From Methanobacteriota archaeon (lineage in GTDB: Archaea; Thermoplasmatota; Poseidoniia; Poseidoniales; Thalassarchaeaceae): a stretch of DNA of 64,000 bases. This document shows positions 39,851-49,660 of the stretch, piece after piece (the first letter of the stretch is position 1; the number at the start of each line of letters is the position of its first letter). The translations under genes and the position numbers were made by a program. The stretch is from the NCBI GenBank assembly GCA_004195715.1, contig PSPX01000006.1, positions 9,524 to 73,523 of the forward strand, written 5' to 3'. The notes below the pieces were generated by a model. It saw only the letters and a program-made list of their open reading frames with translations. It did no database searches and was not told the origin of the DNA.

Positions 39851-42121
39851 GTGCGACTAATGATTCTCGAATCTGGTGCGAAAGCACGAACGGTAAACAA
39901 GTACCTCGGTAAAGGTTGGATTGTAGAGGCTTGTAACGGGCACGTCCAAGACCTTCCATCCGGCAAGGGCAAGGGCCGATCAAAGGCCATGTGGGCCTCC
40001 AATAACGGTAACCTTCCAGAACCTCCCTGGGATTGGACTGATGGTGCGGAGAAAGTAATCAACAAGATTCTGGACAAGGCTACGCGGAAGGGTGTAGATG
40101 AGGTTTACATAGCAACTGATCCAGACAGAGAAGGCGAGTTCATCGCATGGAGACTAAGCATTCTGTTCTCTAACTTCCCTGTGGTCAAGCGAGTCACGTT
40201 CAATGAGATCACAAAAACTGCGGTGAACGAAGCAATTCAGGAATCAGGGGAAATCGATGCGGATTTGGTCGATGCTGCCAAAGTTCGCCGATTCATGGAC
40301 CGATTGGTCGGATTTCGGTGCTCGCGATTCTGTAGATCATGGAGGCTGGCCTCGATGGGCAGGGTCCAGACTCCGACATTGGGTTTCATCGTAGAAAGGG
40401 AGATCGAGAGAGAGGCTCATGTGCCAATTGAGTATCATAGCGTCCACGTTGATTCTGACAAAGTTCGCTTCAACGTCAGATTCCACGAGAAGAATGATGA
40501 AGATGCGTGGACTGATGATTCAGGGAAGCACCGCGCCGACAGAACTGCCGATTCTGGATTGGCCAAGGATGCTTTTGATGCCCTCGAGAATGCCAAAGCC
40601 ATCCGTATCGTCTCAGTGAAAGAAGGTAAGACAAACCGCAAACCGCAACCACCGTTCACAACTGCTACGCTTCTGCAAACCGCGAGTTCCACCCTCGGAT
40701 GGTCTGTAGCGAAAACCAGTAAAATGGCATCCACCCTATACCAATTGGGTCATGTGACATACATCAGAACAGATTCCACCCGAACCAATTCAGAGGCGCG
40801 CGAAAAAGTGAGGAAGTATATCAAGAGTGAATTTGGAGATGATCATCTGGGCTCTGGCGTGCTAGGTCCCGATGCCAAGAAAGGAGCTTCCAACGTACAG
40901 GACGCTCACGAAGCCATCAGACCAACCCGCCCTGAGAAGACTGATGTCGATGCCAATGCGGACGAGTGTCGTCTGTATGGTTTGATTTGGGCGAGGTTTG
41001 CCGCCAGTCAAATGTCGCCCTCGATTAGGGAGAGAAGAGACATGCGGGCTACTGTGGACGATTTGAAGAAGCCATTGACAGCCTCGGCCTCTTGGAGGAT
41101 TCATGCCGGATGGGAGGCGGTGTACGCGAAGTACCACGGCGATGTTAGGACAAGCCCTCCAAAATACGCATTAGAAGAAGAAGGCGAATGGAACATCTCG
41201 AAGTCCGAAGAGAACCCGCTGATGGTGACGGATGAGACCAAACCGCCGAAGCGGTTCTCTGAGAGTTCAATCGTCCAAGCAATGAAGAAAGCGGAAATTG
41301 GCCGTCCGTCGACGTATGTAAGTACAGTTTCGAATCTCTCTACAAAAAAATACATCAAAGTCGAAGGGAGTTCGCTAATTCCTACTAAGGGGGGGCGCAT
41401 GCTGTGGTTAGATGTGGTGCCGTTCTACAACGAACAAGAAAACTCTGAGAAGCTATTCACACCTCTTTTCACTTCGAAAATGGAGGACAACCTAAATGGA
41501 ATCGAGCACGGCAGAATCAATGGACCGGAAGTCTGGACCGATTTCGTAGAAGAATTCAGATCGATGCACAGTAGGGCGCAGGATAAGAAGCGAGAGTTTC
41601 CCACGCCCAAGCAGATGGCACTCTTGGAGAGTCGGGTACCACATCTAAGCGATAAGCGGAGGTCCGAGTTACTATCAGGCAAGTCCCTCAGTGAGTTGAC
41701 AGGGGACGATGCGCGTAGTATCATCGAACAATTATTCGATTCCGAGGAGGATAATGGGCATTTGCCCCCCAGCGAGAAGCAGACTAATCTAATTGTGAAG
41801 TTATCCGATCAGGCAGGGCTGGAGCTGGATGTTACTCTAGAGAAAGTCGGTGTTGCAGACATATCGGAACTGACGGGAGGCAGGGAAGGCACCGCCAGTG
41901 AACTAATATCTCAGATGATTGAAAATAGTAAGAATCTGCCTGCGACACCCCCGCAGGTTGATTTTGTGAACAAGCTATCAGAACAATACAAAGTACCCTT
42001 GAGTGAGATACTGGCTATAGCCGGCCTGAAGGAGATTAGTGAGATGAGTAAGGCAGATGCCAGTATTATCATCAATGAGATGAAAAAGCGTTCGCGCCAA
42101 AGAGGAAGCAAGCGAAGTTGA
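39851..42121 (+). CDS. topA: Type IA DNA topoisomerase (bacterial TopA-like)
   Basis: ILESGAKA, ATDPDREGE, SMGRVQT, catalytic YIRTD, QDAHEAIRPT, IGRPSTY. Confidence 0.93.
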   Translation: MRLMILESGAKARTVNKYLGKGWIVEACNGHVQDLPSGKGKGRSKAMWASNNGNLPEPPWDWTDGAEKVINKILDKATRKGVDEVYIATDPDREGEFIAWRLSILFSNFPVVKRVTFNEITKTAVNEAIQESGEIDADLVDAAKVRRFMDRLVGFRCSRFCRSWRLASMGRVQTPTLGFIVEREIEREAHVPIEYHSVHVDSDKVRFNVRFHEKNDEDAWTDDSGKHRADRTADSGLAKDAFDALENAKAIRIVSVKEGKTNRKPQPPFTTATLLQTASSTLGWSVAKTSKMASTLYQLGHVTYIRTDSTRTNSEAREKVRKYIKSEFGDDHLGSGVLGPDAKKGASNVQDAHEAIRPTRPEKTDVDANADECRLYGLIWARFAASQMSPSIRERRDMRATVDDLKKPLTASASWRIHAGWEAVYAKYHGDVRTSPPKYALEEEGEWNISKSEENPLMVTDETKPPKRFSESSIVQAMKKAEIGRPSTYVSTVSNLSTKKYIKVEGSSLIPTKGGRMLWLDVVPFYNEQENSEKLFTPLFTSKMEDNLNGIEHGRINGPEVWTDFVEEFRSMHSRAQDKKREFPTPKQMALLESRVPHLSDKRRSELLSGKSLSELTGDDARSIIEQLFDSEEDNGHLPPSEKQTNLIVKLSDQAGLELDVTLEKVGVADISELTGGREGTASELISQMIENSKNLPATPPQVDFVNKLSEQYKVPLSEILAIAGLKEISEMSKADASIIINEMKKRSRQRGSKRS

Positions 42122-42159
42122 TGTTTGCACCACATCTTTGTGACAGCACTCAATAACAA

Positions 42160-43386
42160 ATGCCTGTAAGGGAGGGCGTGGACTCTATCGAGTACGATGT
42201 CGTAGTTGTCGGAGCCGGCCCGGTAGGGGGATTCCTAGCGCAGCGGATGTCTGAGGGAGGGGCAAGTGTACTACTCCTAGAAGAGCATGCGCAGATAGGC
42301 AGGCCGTTTCAGTGCGCTGGGCTCGTGAATCCTGAAACCATGAACCTGACAGGGCTGCAGAGCACAGTATTGACTCCAATCTGGGGAGCTAGGATTCACA
42401 GCCCATCTGGAATACCCGTTGTAATCGGTAACGAACAAGACATTCGAACATGGTCAGTTTGCCGCAAACTGTTCGACGAAGGTGTCGTGAGGGGGGCTGT
42501 GCAGTCCGGTGCCGAGATCTGGCTCTCCAGTAAGCCATTATCTGCAGATACTTACGAAGACCATGTACTACTTTCGGTATCTACTCCACAAGGGGATCAA
42601 ACAGTCAGATGCAGGTTACTGTGCGGAGCTGACGGAGCTCACTCCTGGGTACGTAGAAGGTTCAGAATGGGGCGCCCGAAGGAACTCATGATTGGTTTTC
42701 AAGTAGAGGTTACGGGGTACAAGGGAGAACCTGGTAGGTTGGATATGTACACCGGATCTGGTTTCTCCCCGGGTTTCTTCGCTTGGGCTATCCCGTCGGG
42801 AGAAACGACGAGGATTGGTACGTGGAGTAAGCCCGAAATGATGAGGGGAGAATCCTGCGAACATTTGCTTGACAGATTGAGGTCGGAGCCACTCTGGAGT
42901 GAACGTTTCTCAGAGTGCCGAGAAATTGGGAGATTTTGCGGACCTATTCCAAGTGGGCTGGTGAAAAGACCGATGATAGGAAGAGTAGTGCTATTCGGAG
43001 ATGCAGCGGGGCTGTGTAAACCCACTACTGGAGGAGGGATTGGCCCAGGTTTCAGACAGGTGGAGATGCTAGTCCCGAATCTTTTGGAGTGCTTGAACAG
43101 AGATGATTTCTCTGATGCTGCAGTGAAGGAAGTGATTAGTCTATTGAGCCCCCTCAGAAGAGAACAGAACAGAGCAAGGGCTCTACGAGAAGCTTTTCTT
43201 ACTGAGATGACAGATGAAGAATTAGATAGCGTGTTCGCTGTCTGGTCTCGTCCGGAAGTAACTGAACTGATTAATCAGATTGGAGACATCGAGCATCCGA
43301 TACCCCTAGGTATTCGAATGCTGAAAGAAGTACCTGAATTCAAATCCATCGCCAAGAGAGCTGCAAAGGCTGTATTGTGGGGTTGA
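42160..43386 (+). CDS. Geranylgeranyl reductase family flavoprotein
   Basis: VVGAGPVG, QCAGL, GADG, FAWAIP, GDAAG..KPTTGGGI. Confidence 0.88.
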   Translation: MPVREGVDSIEYDVVVVGAGPVGGFLAQRMSEGGASVLLLEEHAQIGRPFQCAGLVNPETMNLTGLQSTVLTPIWGARIHSPSGIPVVIGNEQDIRTWSVCRKLFDEGVVRGAVQSGAEIWLSSKPLSADTYEDHVLLSVSTPQGDQTVRCRLLCGADGAHSWVRRRFRMGRPKELMIGFQVEVTGYKGEPGRLDMYTGSGFSPGFFAWAIPSGETTRIGTWSKPEMMRGESCEHLLDRLRSEPLWSERFSECREIGRFCGPIPSGLVKRPMIGRVVLFGDAAGLCKPTTGGGIGPGFRQVEMLVPNLLECLNRDDFSDAAVKEVISLLSPLRREQNRARALREAFLTEMTDEELDSVFAVWSRPEVTELINQIGDIEHPIPLGIRMLKEVPEFKSIAKRAAKAVLWG

Positions 43387-43389
43387 TTC

Positions 43390-44469
43390 GTGTATAGGTC
43401 ATTGCAGAGAATTAGGTATCCGCCGTTCGAGCATTCCCACATGGATCCACGAGCCGTACCCTTGATAGAAGTCATCGTGGAGTCTGAAAACCAGCCGCCA
43501 CCTTCCTTCAGAATAGGGCCGGATGACGACTGGATGGTCGAATGGAGGGGGTGCAAGTCTGACGACCACGAAATGCCCGAAATAACCTGCGAAGTGTCTC
43601 CCGAACCATTCCCGTTCCTGATGAAGACAAGGAATGGATGGTACATCGAACCTGATCCTCTACACAAGACGGCACGCCGGCTGATACGGCCAACTGTCAT
43701 GCTGTTGATTCTCGCTCTTCTCGCTCATTCCATGGAACCTGGGCTAGTCAGTCTGGGTCTGATATCAGAATCGTTCGCAGGCTCATACCGCATCGGTCCA
43801 CTAGACTACCCGAAACTTCTGTTAGTGGCATTCCCCGTTTTCATGATTCCAATCATCTTCAGAATGATTGCGAATCTACGTGACATTGGGCGCCAGAACG
43901 CCTACATCGCTTCGCCAATTAAATCGCCTAGAATGATCTTGGCCGTCAGCGGTTCAGAGGTCCGAGCTAGCAGGATAACCATGCCAGTTGACATGATGCC
44001 TATACGAGGTAGGCTGCAAGTAGGAATCGCAGTTCCTGAAAGAAGCAAGGTGCTAGAGGCACTACAGCGCTCAGAAGGAGAGCAGCCATCCCCTGGGATG
44101 TCGACGAGACTACCCGAGAGGAGGATTACAAGCGGAGAAGAACTCGGAACTGGAGTTGGGGAGGCTACTCCTATGCCTATTGCACACCCCCGGGTTCTCT
44201 TGCTTGAACCTATGAGGGTGCATGATCCCGGTGATTGGGTTGACCTAAGTGGAGGGGGCAGTGAGGTTTTGTTCAAGGGGCCTGCGAATCAATGGCCTGG
44301 CTCGGTTTACTCCGCTTTGATCGCTATCCATTGGGAGATTGTAATAGAGGCGATTAGAGATGATGGGACTAAAATGAAGTGGGTAAGCCAAGTAATCATA
44401 CCACCAAGAACTGGTCTTGAGTACATTCCGAAACTGCCAGTTAGGAGCGGCAGAACTGAATCAACCTAG
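43390..44469 (+). CDS. Hypothetical membrane protein (2 TM)
   Basis: 359-aa ORF, 3 nt after the reductase. Confidence 0.65.
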   Translation: MYRSLQRIRYPPFEHSHMDPRAVPLIEVIVESENQPPPSFRIGPDDDWMVEWRGCKSDDHEMPEITCEVSPEPFPFLMKTRNGWYIEPDPLHKTARRLIRPTVMLLILALLAHSMEPGLVSLGLISESFAGSYRIGPLDYPKLLLVAFPVFMIPIIFRMIANLRDIGRQNAYIASPIKSPRMILAVSGSEVRASRITMPVDMMPIRGRLQVGIAVPERSKVLEALQRSEGEQPSPGMSTRLPERRITSGEELGTGVGEATPMPIAHPRVLLLEPMRVHDPGDWVDLSGGGSEVLFKGPANQWPGSVYSALIAIHWEIVIEAIRDDGTKMKWVSQVIIPPRTGLEYIPKLPVRSGRTEST

Positions 44470-45636
44470 GCTGTCGGGCTGTATCGGGACCGGGCTTGCC
44501 AAGTCTTCACGAATAGACTCAGTTTCTAGCAACACGTAGTCTGAATCCCTCTTCCGAGGACGGAACCCAGCTCTGAGTATTATTCTCTGCAGCTCCCTCT
44601 CAGAGGCCTCCGTCTTCGTCGTACCAGAAGCCGAAACCACATTCTCCTCCATCATTGTGGAACCAGCATCATCGGCACCAGCCAGTAGGGCCATCTGCGC
44701 CACATCGAGACCCATTGTGGGCCACGACGCCTGAATGTGCTCTATGTTGTCGAAGAATAGTCTCGAGACAGCAACGTGCCTGAGGTATTCGGTGGGACCT
44801 GCCCCCAGAACTATCCTGTTGTGACCCCTGTTCTTCGAACCTAAGGAATTGTTCTCCAGCATGACAGGCCACGACACGAAGGATGTGAATCCTGTCCTGC
44901 CAGTTGATACAGCGTCGTCCTGCATACTTCTCACTCTGTCCATATGGAGTACTCGGTGAAAATTACTCTCGCCGAAACCGAAGACATTTGTGGCGGAAGT
45001 CGTCAGACCCAGTTCTTGTGCTTCGTGCATAACTCTAAGCCAGTTGTCCGCAGAACCTTTCTTCGGTGAGATATCCAGTCGTATATCGTCAACCAACATC
45101 TCAGCACCACCACCCGGGAGTCCGTGCATCCCTGCCTCCTTCAGAAGCATCAGCACCTGCTTAGTCGGAATCCCGCAGACCTCCGAAATACCTTCAATTT
45201 CGATGGGAGAGAAGCAATCCAGTGCTATGGATGGATGTCTCAAACTCATTTCGCGGATTAGTTCTGTGTACCACTCTAGGGGGAGTTCGGGATGCACACC
45301 ACCCTGCATCAGGACTCGTGAACCGCCTATGTCTTCCAATTCGGAAAGCCTATCGCTGATTTCGTCCGTAGACTGCGTGTAGGTTTCAGGGTGTCCGGGT
45401 GGCCTGTAGAAAGAGCAGAACTGGCAGTTGATGGTGCACACATTAGTGTAATTCACATTCCTATCTACGAGGTACGTCACCTCATTGCCAGGAACCTGGG
45501 ACCTCCTGCGCAACATCGCCGCGTGCATCAGTTCGTTGATATCAGCAGAATCGTACAGGATCACGGCATCATCGACACTCAGTCTCGGAGGATCCGCGGA
45601 CCCCTGAGACTGCAGAATAGTTCTCCAGTCGGACAG
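44461..45636 (-). CDS. mqnC: Cyclic dehypoxanthinyl futalosine synthase (radical SAM, MqnC/CofH family); probable CTG start
   Basis: RNVNYTNVCTINCQFCSF, PGGGAE, HIQASW, GADDAGSTMMEENVV. The reading frame extends upstream to CTG 45636 behind GGGTGA. Confidence 0.85.
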   Translation of the reverse strand: MSDWRTILQSQGSADPPRLSVDDAVILYDSADINELMHAAMLRRRSQVPGNEVTYLVDRNVNYTNVCTINCQFCSFYRPPGHPETYTQSTDEISDRLSELEDIGGSRVLMQGGVHPELPLEWYTELIREMSLRHPSIALDCFSPIEIEGISEVCGIPTKQVLMLLKEAGMHGLPGGGAEMLVDDIRLDISPKKGSADNWLRVMHEAQELGLTTSATNVFGFGESNFHRVLHMDRVRSMQDDAVSTGRTGFTSFVSWPVMLENNSLGSKNRGHNRIVLGAGPTEYLRHVAVSRLFFDNIEHIQASWPTMGLDVAQMALLAGADDAGSTMMEENVVSASGTTKTEASERELQRIILRAGFRPRKRDSDYVLLETESIREDLASPVPIQPDSLG

Positions 45637-45640
45637 AATA

Positions 45641-46954
45641 TCACCCGTTATTGCCCACGAGTGCTTCTATTTCATCGATTGTCTTAGGGCAGTTCGATGT
45701 CAGTACTACTGGACCGTTGTCTGTAATCAGCACATTGTCCTCGATACGGACGCCTATTCCCGCATAACGGTCTGGAATTTCGATATCTGTCCTCCAACTT
45801 CCGAAGTATAGTCCTGGCTCAACAGTCACAACCATTCCCGGTTGCAATATTGGCCCCTCGTCTTTATCGCCTTGTCTACCACCTCCAACATCGTGAACGT
45901 CGAGACCAAGGAAATGTCCTGTTCCATGCATGAAGAAATTTCTGTAGGGGCCATTGAACTCCATATCGTCTCCAATAGCTTCCTCAACACTACAATCTAG
46001 AACCCCCAAATCAATCAGCCCTTGGGCTAGCACAGCTGAAGTGGCTCTGTGCATTGAAAGCCAAACTGAACCGGCTTGGCATGCCTCAATACCAGCCAAC
46101 TGTGCTTTCAGCACGAGTTCGTAAATCTCTCTTTGCTGGTCGCTGAATTTCCCGCTGACTGGCCATGTCCGGGTGATGTCGGAAGCATACCCGGAAACCT
46201 CGCACCCCGCATCCACCAAAACCAGTTCTCCATCAGAAATCTCATTGTCGTTGGAATTGTAATGCAAGATGGTCGCATTCTCACCCCCGCCTACGATTGA
46301 CTGGTAACTCCAACGGCTTTTGCAGGTAGTGAAGTGTGCCTCTATAATCGACTGAATCTGCCACTCACCGATTCCTGGGAATGTAGCTCGCATAGCGGCG
46401 ATTTGTGATGCGGAAGCGATATCTGCTGACTCCTGCATTAACCGAATCTCTTCCTTAGACTTCAACACCCGCATGTCATCTAGTATTGGAGTGGGGTCGG
46501 CTAACTCTGCCCCATCTGCTCTACCAATCAACTCGTCCAACTCGGGGTTGAGTCCCGGAATGCAATAGACAGAGGTGCAGGCATCGAGATGTGAGGTGAC
46601 GGAGTCGGCTATGTCCTCTAGTGAATGAGCCTGATCGACAGGCCATCCAGATACTGTACCTTCGACCCCTATCCTTTGGCCCTCCCATATCTCCGCCTTC
46701 GTATCACGCGGCTGGACGAATAGTGTGGTGACCCATTTTCCTCTCTCACGATGGGCCATTAGCACTGCTTCAGGGTCGCTCCAGCCGCAAAGGTACAGCA
46801 TGTAGGAATTAGCGCGGAATGGGAAAGCCGTGTCATTTGAGCGGAACACCACTGGATTGGTAGGTATCAGAACCAGAGAGTCCTCTGGCAACTGCCCTAG
46901 GAATGCAGACTGCCTAGAGGTGTATTCGGAATCAGATAAATCAGGTTTACTCAT
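45641..46954 (-). CDS. pepP: Xaa-Pro aminopeptidase (M24B)
   Basis: LHY, VDAGCE..YASDITRTWP, HGTGHFLGLDVHD, TVEPGLY, GVRIED. Confidence 0.93.
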   Translation of the reverse strand: MSKPDLSDSEYTSRQSAFLGQLPEDSLVLIPTNPVVFRSNDTAFPFRANSYMLYLCGWSDPEAVLMAHRERGKWVTTLFVQPRDTKAEIWEGQRIGVEGTVSGWPVDQAHSLEDIADSVTSHLDACTSVYCIPGLNPELDELIGRADGAELADPTPILDDMRVLKSKEEIRLMQESADIASASQIAAMRATFPGIGEWQIQSIIEAHFTTCKSRWSYQSIVGGGENATILHYNSNDNEISDGELVLVDAGCEVSGYASDITRTWPVSGKFSDQQREIYELVLKAQLAGIEACQAGSVWLSMHRATSAVLAQGLIDLGVLDCSVEEAIGDDMEFNGPYRNFFMHGTGHFLGLDVHDVGGGRQGDKDEGPILQPGMVVTVEPGLYFGSWRTDIEIPDRYAGIGVRIEDNVLITDNGPVVLTSNCPKTIDEIEALVGNNG

Positions 46955-47015
46955 GCGCTCACCGCAGATTGTCGTCTAAAGGGATGTTATTATGCATGTG
47001 GGTATTAAATTCGAG

Positions 47016-48485
47016 TCATTCGTCGGGCTTCCACTTTGGTATAGAGGAAGAATCGTCAGAGGTTCTATACCTCAGCAGAATTGCAGATAGCATGAATAGA
47101 GTTGAAATTACCAGTACTATTAGTGAATACGGTAGGGGTTCGCTGGCCTCGGGATGAACAAGGAGGACAGAGATGCTATCGTAATCGTCGTCATCGTCAA
47201 TCACATCTAGAGTCAGGATTACTTCATCACCGGCACCAGAAGGCCATGATAGGGTTCTGATGCAGCCCTCGTAAACCGGTTGGTGGTCAATCTTCCATAC
47301 GCACCTCAACCCGACTTGATCGTTTTCAGAGTCCTCAGAGAGAGAGGCATCTAGCATCCATTCAGAGCCGGGGCTCAGTTTGATTCTGGTGCCATCTTCG
47401 ATTGGTAAATCGTCCAATGAAGCTATGGCCTTCGGAATAACATTCTGGATTGTGAATATCTTCACCATGGTGCTCGAAATTCCCCCAGCGTCGGTGACAG
47501 CCAGAGTCAGACTGTAATCTCCTGAACTTCCAGCGGAAATCGTCATCGTCCCCTTGTCCTGACCCATTACAATCTGTAGGGGGGTCTGCCCTGAGTGCGA
47601 CGGTTTTCGAAGAACCCACATGTAGTGCAATCCCTCCCTACCCCATACTGGGTCATCAGTTGCGCTGGCATCGAAGAATAAGTCGCCTGCTCCCTCCAAT
47701 GAGTAGTCGGGACCTTCGAGGGATATCAATGGTGCAAGGTTGTTGACCTGTATTGGGATACATTCCTGCGAATAGGTCACTCCGGATGGGTCATAATTCT
47801 CAGCATACAGTGAATGCCATCCATCAGTCAAACCGGAAATATTCAATGATTCCGAGAATTCTCCATCTGGAATTATGATAGAGAGGTGTGCTGACATATC
47901 CGAGTCTGCTTCTGTTGAGCAAGCATCGATAGAGCTGGAGGCTGACTTGGCGAATAACCTAAGTTCCGGAGTGGTCCATGTCATCGGATACATGCTCCAA
48001 CCTGACACGGAGATGAATCCATGGACCCAGTCTCCGGATTCAGGAGAGTCCACTATGATTGCAGACCTCGAGGTGTCGCCAAGGAACATCACTCTACTGG
48101 CCTCCCATGTATCCCCTGTTTCCGAATGTACGGTGATTGAAATATAGCAAGTGCAAGGAGAAATGGTCTCGGCATCAGAGTCATCGAGATTAATCGACCA
48201 AGCCCAGGATATTCTCGAACTCGATGTATTGATTACTTCCAGCGATGAGGTGATGTCGCCCCCCAAAGCACCGTCGGTCGGTTCGAGTCGCCATTGCACC
48301 TTAGTCGGTCTAACTTCGTCTTCGACAAATCCGGATATTACCAAAGACCCGTTAGAATAATGACCGTTCTCGAAATCAAAACCAATCAGAGGAATGTCGT
48401 CTGGTTGGTCCGCGGACGTGGTCGTGACCGCGGTGAAGAGTGATGCTACAACCAGCATTGCAACAAGGGCGAAGGGTGATCTCAC
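47016..48485 (-). CDS. Secreted, membrane-anchored Ig/PKD-like repeat protein
   Basis: Signal peptide, FDASATDDP and LDASLSEDS PKD-like starts, C-terminal TM. Confidence 0.72.
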   Translation of the reverse strand: MRSPFALVAMLVVASLFTAVTTTSADQPDDIPLIGFDFENGHYSNGSLVISGFVEDEVRPTKVQWRLEPTDGALGGDITSSLEVINTSSSRISWAWSINLDDSDAETISPCTCYISITVHSETGDTWEASRVMFLGDTSRSAIIVDSPESGDWVHGFISVSGWSMYPMTWTTPELRLFAKSASSSIDACSTEADSDMSAHLSIIIPDGEFSESLNISGLTDGWHSLYAENYDPSGVTYSQECIPIQVNNLAPLISLEGPDYSLEGAGDLFFDASATDDPVWGREGLHYMWVLRKPSHSGQTPLQIVMGQDKGTMTISAGSSGDYSLTLAVTDAGGISSTMVKIFTIQNVIPKAIASLDDLPIEDGTRIKLSPGSEWMLDASLSEDSENDQVGLRCVWKIDHQPVYEGCIRTLSWPSGAGDEVILTLDVIDDDDDYDSISVLLVHPEASEPLPYSLIVLVISTLFMLSAILLRYRTSDDSSSIPKWKPDE

Positions 48486-48535
48486 GAGTTATGGCCCGTG
48501 CCAACATGTAATGAATCTCATGGGTAGATGATGAA

Positions 48536-49585
48536 TCATCTATCAGAGATTCGGAGTTGCCATGCCAGTTCATCCAACCAGAGACCGAGTGTTGTACGAT
48601 TGACGAATTCATGACTGGCCTTGGCGGACAGTACGCATTCGCAAGCCGCTGCTGCGAGCGCGGCCGCATCCATTATCGAGAGGTTGTTGCCCAGTGCTGT
48701 TGCCAGTGCAGTGGCGGCAGCATCGTGCAGGCCTATTTGCTGGACTGGAGCAGTGGCCGCACATGGAATGTGCATCGGTTCCAAGCCAGCTTGGTATAGC
48801 GTCACCCCGTGAATGCCACCAAGCACGAGCATAGCGCCCCAACCATACTCCTCGATCAGATTCTTAGCTGCATCAGTGGAATCTGATGTCATCTGTCGAC
48901 GACTTAGCAGGTCCAGTCCCCGTTTCTCGAATAGGACCACGTCAGCGCCCCTGCTCCGATCAAGTCCGGACAGTTTTGGATCCATTATCACAGGGAGTTT
49001 TGCATCTCTTGCAGCGTCGATAAGAGATCTGGCGCCAATTGCATCTAGGACTCCTTTGTCATAATCAGATAGGACGATAGCGCAGCTATCCTCTAAGGAT
49101 GACATGGCTTGTTCTGTCAGCGATTCGCGAACGCTGTCAGGAAGGTCCTCGCGCGGCCCCCTGTCTGCTTGAAGCAATATCTGACTCTTGTCTAGAAGGC
49201 TCTCGCGGCTGCCATAGAATCGAATCTTTGTCAGAGTGCTGCGCTCCGGGACAACTACTATGCCGCTTGGATCGATTCCGTGCCCAGATAGTTTCTCAAT
49301 TATGACTCGCCCCTCCCTATCATCCCCCACACTGGAGTGCAGGCTGATTTGGAGGCCAAGGGAGTTCAGGCCCATCGCAATGTGAGCCGCTGCCCCTGGA
49401 GTCTCCTCGGACTGGAGAATCTTCAGGACGGGGACTGGGGCAGTGGAATCGAGGTTGTTGGCGTAACCATGATGGAATCTGTCCAGCATAACGTCTCCAA
49501 TCAGAGTTACCTTCAAGGAGCCGACGTCATCCAAAAGCATCCTCAGCCTCTTTAGGGTCGCAGCACGTTCCTCGGACACTTCCAT
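48536..49585 (-). CDS. RfaE/HldE domain I-like PfkB-family kinase (divergent)
   Basis: IGDVMLDR, APVPV, LSDYDKGVL, MDPK. The usual GAGD appears as GLHD. Confidence 0.75.
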   Translation of the reverse strand: MEVSEERAATLKRLRMLLDDVGSLKVTLIGDVMLDRFHHGYANNLDSTAPVPVLKILQSEETPGAAAHIAMGLNSLGLQISLHSSVGDDREGRVIIEKLSGHGIDPSGIVVVPERSTLTKIRFYGSRESLLDKSQILLQADRGPREDLPDSVRESLTEQAMSSLEDSCAIVLSDYDKGVLDAIGARSLIDAARDAKLPVIMDPKLSGLDRSRGADVVLFEKRGLDLLSRRQMTSDSTDAAKNLIEEYGWGAMLVLGGIHGVTLYQAGLEPMHIPCAATAPVQQIGLHDAAATALATALGNNLSIMDAAALAAAACECVLSAKASHEFVNRTTLGLWLDELAWQLRISDR

Positions 49586-49660
49586 TGGTTGTGCGTGCCG
49601 ATGGATGTGAATGATGTTTGCTAACCGGCGAACTCAAGTCGGGAACCTTCTCGTCGTAAC

